Part shown: piece after piece, positions 62,827 to 64,000 of the stretch
How the letters are laid out: every line of letters begins with the position of its first letter
How positions within the stretch are numbered: the stretch's first letter is position 1
Assembly: GCF_035084215.1 (NCBI RefSeq)
Contig: NC_090334.1
Location: 65,720,001-65,784,000 of the forward strand
Direction of reading: 5' to 3'
DNA from: Heptranchias perlo
Lineage: Eukaryota
Length of the DNA stretch: 64,000 bases
Program-made: the position numbers and the translations under genes
Notes under the pieces: generated by a model
Told to the model about the DNA's origin: nothing
What the model saw: the letters and a program-made list of their open reading frames with translations, nothing else
Databases searched by the model: none

Positions 62827-63591
62827 TGTGTTTTTTGGTCTTTGCTGCAGCAAAAGCCTTTGGGGCAATGGCCCTATAAATAGACCCGCCCCGGCTGACA
62901 GCCTGTCATGCAGGTGCGCAGTCCACCCATTGCGGCAAACCTGGGAGCTGCATTAAGGGCCATCTATTAACTTGTGATCGCGTGGAAAACGGTAAAATGT
63001 TATCAGTCAGGTTACCTGCGTGTCCATTAAAGCCCCCCACTGCCATCCCGCCGCCCTTTGAAAATCAAGCCCCCTGTGTTTGCCCCCTCAGGTGGATGTA
63101 AAAGATCTCCTGGTACTACTTGAAGTGCAGGGGGATTCACCTAGTGTCATGGCCTATATGTATCCTGCAACCAAAATGACTAAAACAGATTATCTGGTCA
63201 TTTATCTCCTTGCTTTTTGTGGGAGCTGCTGTGCACAAATTCCCTACATTACACTCACAACGGTGTAAGTCTGCCTACAAAAACAATAATGATCACGCTT
63301 CAAAATCAATTCTGTGGCTGTGAAGCACTTTGGGACTTACTGAGGATGTGAAAGGTGCAAAGTAAATGCAAGTCTTTTTAAAATTCAAACAAGGAAACTA
63401 TAGTAGCAGATCATACTGTGATTCACCTGCACTGTCGCATCTGAACGAAGTGCTTTGATAACAAGTCAGTGCTGTGTACATCCCACTATAATAGCGAGAG
63501 CCAACGCAATGTTCCCTAACATAATGCACGTCAGAACAACTTGACATACATTAAAACAAATGTGCATCAGTTCCGATCGGGGGAGATTGTT

Positions 63592-63813
63592 TTCTTTAAG
63601 GCCAGTTATTTAGTAATATGGAAATACTCTTCCCCTTTCTCCAACAATAACTTTCTCCTTTAAAAAACAATGACTGTGTAAAAGGATCGGTTACGTTTTA
63701 TGAGTGGCACCCTTGTGTCCTTTTACACAGTCATTGTTTATTTAAAGGAGAAGGTTATTGTTGGAGAAAGGGGAACAGTACTTCCATATTACTAAAGAGC
63801 TGGTCTTAAAGAA
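63592..63813. repeat. Long inverted repeat (95/96-bp arms, 31-bp spacer)
   Basis: 63592-63686 is the reverse complement of 63718-63813 with about 6 substitutions and 1 indel. Confidence 0.9.
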
Positions 63814-64000
63814 TTATCAGCCAAAGGACACAACTGCGATAATTATCTATTGAGTAGCTAATGAGCCGTTTAATCAATGTAAATATTGATTATTTTAATC
63901 ATCTAACTGGAGATTTTGCAGTTGTAGTCGTAGATGGCCAAACACAATGGTGAAAATCCCAATTTACCCAAAGAACACGCCAGGCCATATAATGTGATGG

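Larger units (their letters stand above)
58924..63072. mobile_element. Full-length PIF/Harbinger DNA transposon (decayed autonomous type)
   Basis: TIRs gggctcgattttcaa / ttgaaaatcaagccc; 3-bp TSD cct; convergent transposase and Myb-like genes. Confidence 0.92.
58783..63378 (+). mobile_element. DeuSINE split by the Harbinger insertion (58783-58923 and 63073-63378)
   Basis: Removing 58924-63072 and one cct restores gatgagatgttaaactgagaccctgtgtttgccccctcaggtggatgtaaaagatc. Confidence 0.8.

Overview
Eukaryotic, repeat-dense non-genic DNA (intergenic or a large intron). The repeat families (CR1 and L2 LINEs, DeuSINE-type tRNA SINEs, PIF/Harbinger elements) point to a cartilaginous fish, probably a shark; this is inferred, not searched. 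I found no convincing host exon. Main contents: many nested CR1/L2 fragments with readable target-site duplications (TSDs); a young 5'-truncated Penelope-like element (PLE) with an uninterrupted RT plus GIY-YIG ORF (16194-18031); a ~1 kb solo LTR; a full-length but decayed two-gene Harbinger transposon (58924-63072) with many non-autonomous relatives; and a G-rich 32/33-bp minisatellite. The most interesting signal is a set of tiny non-coding PLE-derived insertions from two families. Each is an inverted repeat plus a one-sided 30-35 nt tail with a 12-16 bp TSD, and the uncollapsed copies carry a minimal hammerhead-ribozyme motif whose stems stay paired between copies. One is a perfect 204-bp spacerless palindrome and two are centrally collapsed. 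All coordinates were read by eye and may be off by a few bases.
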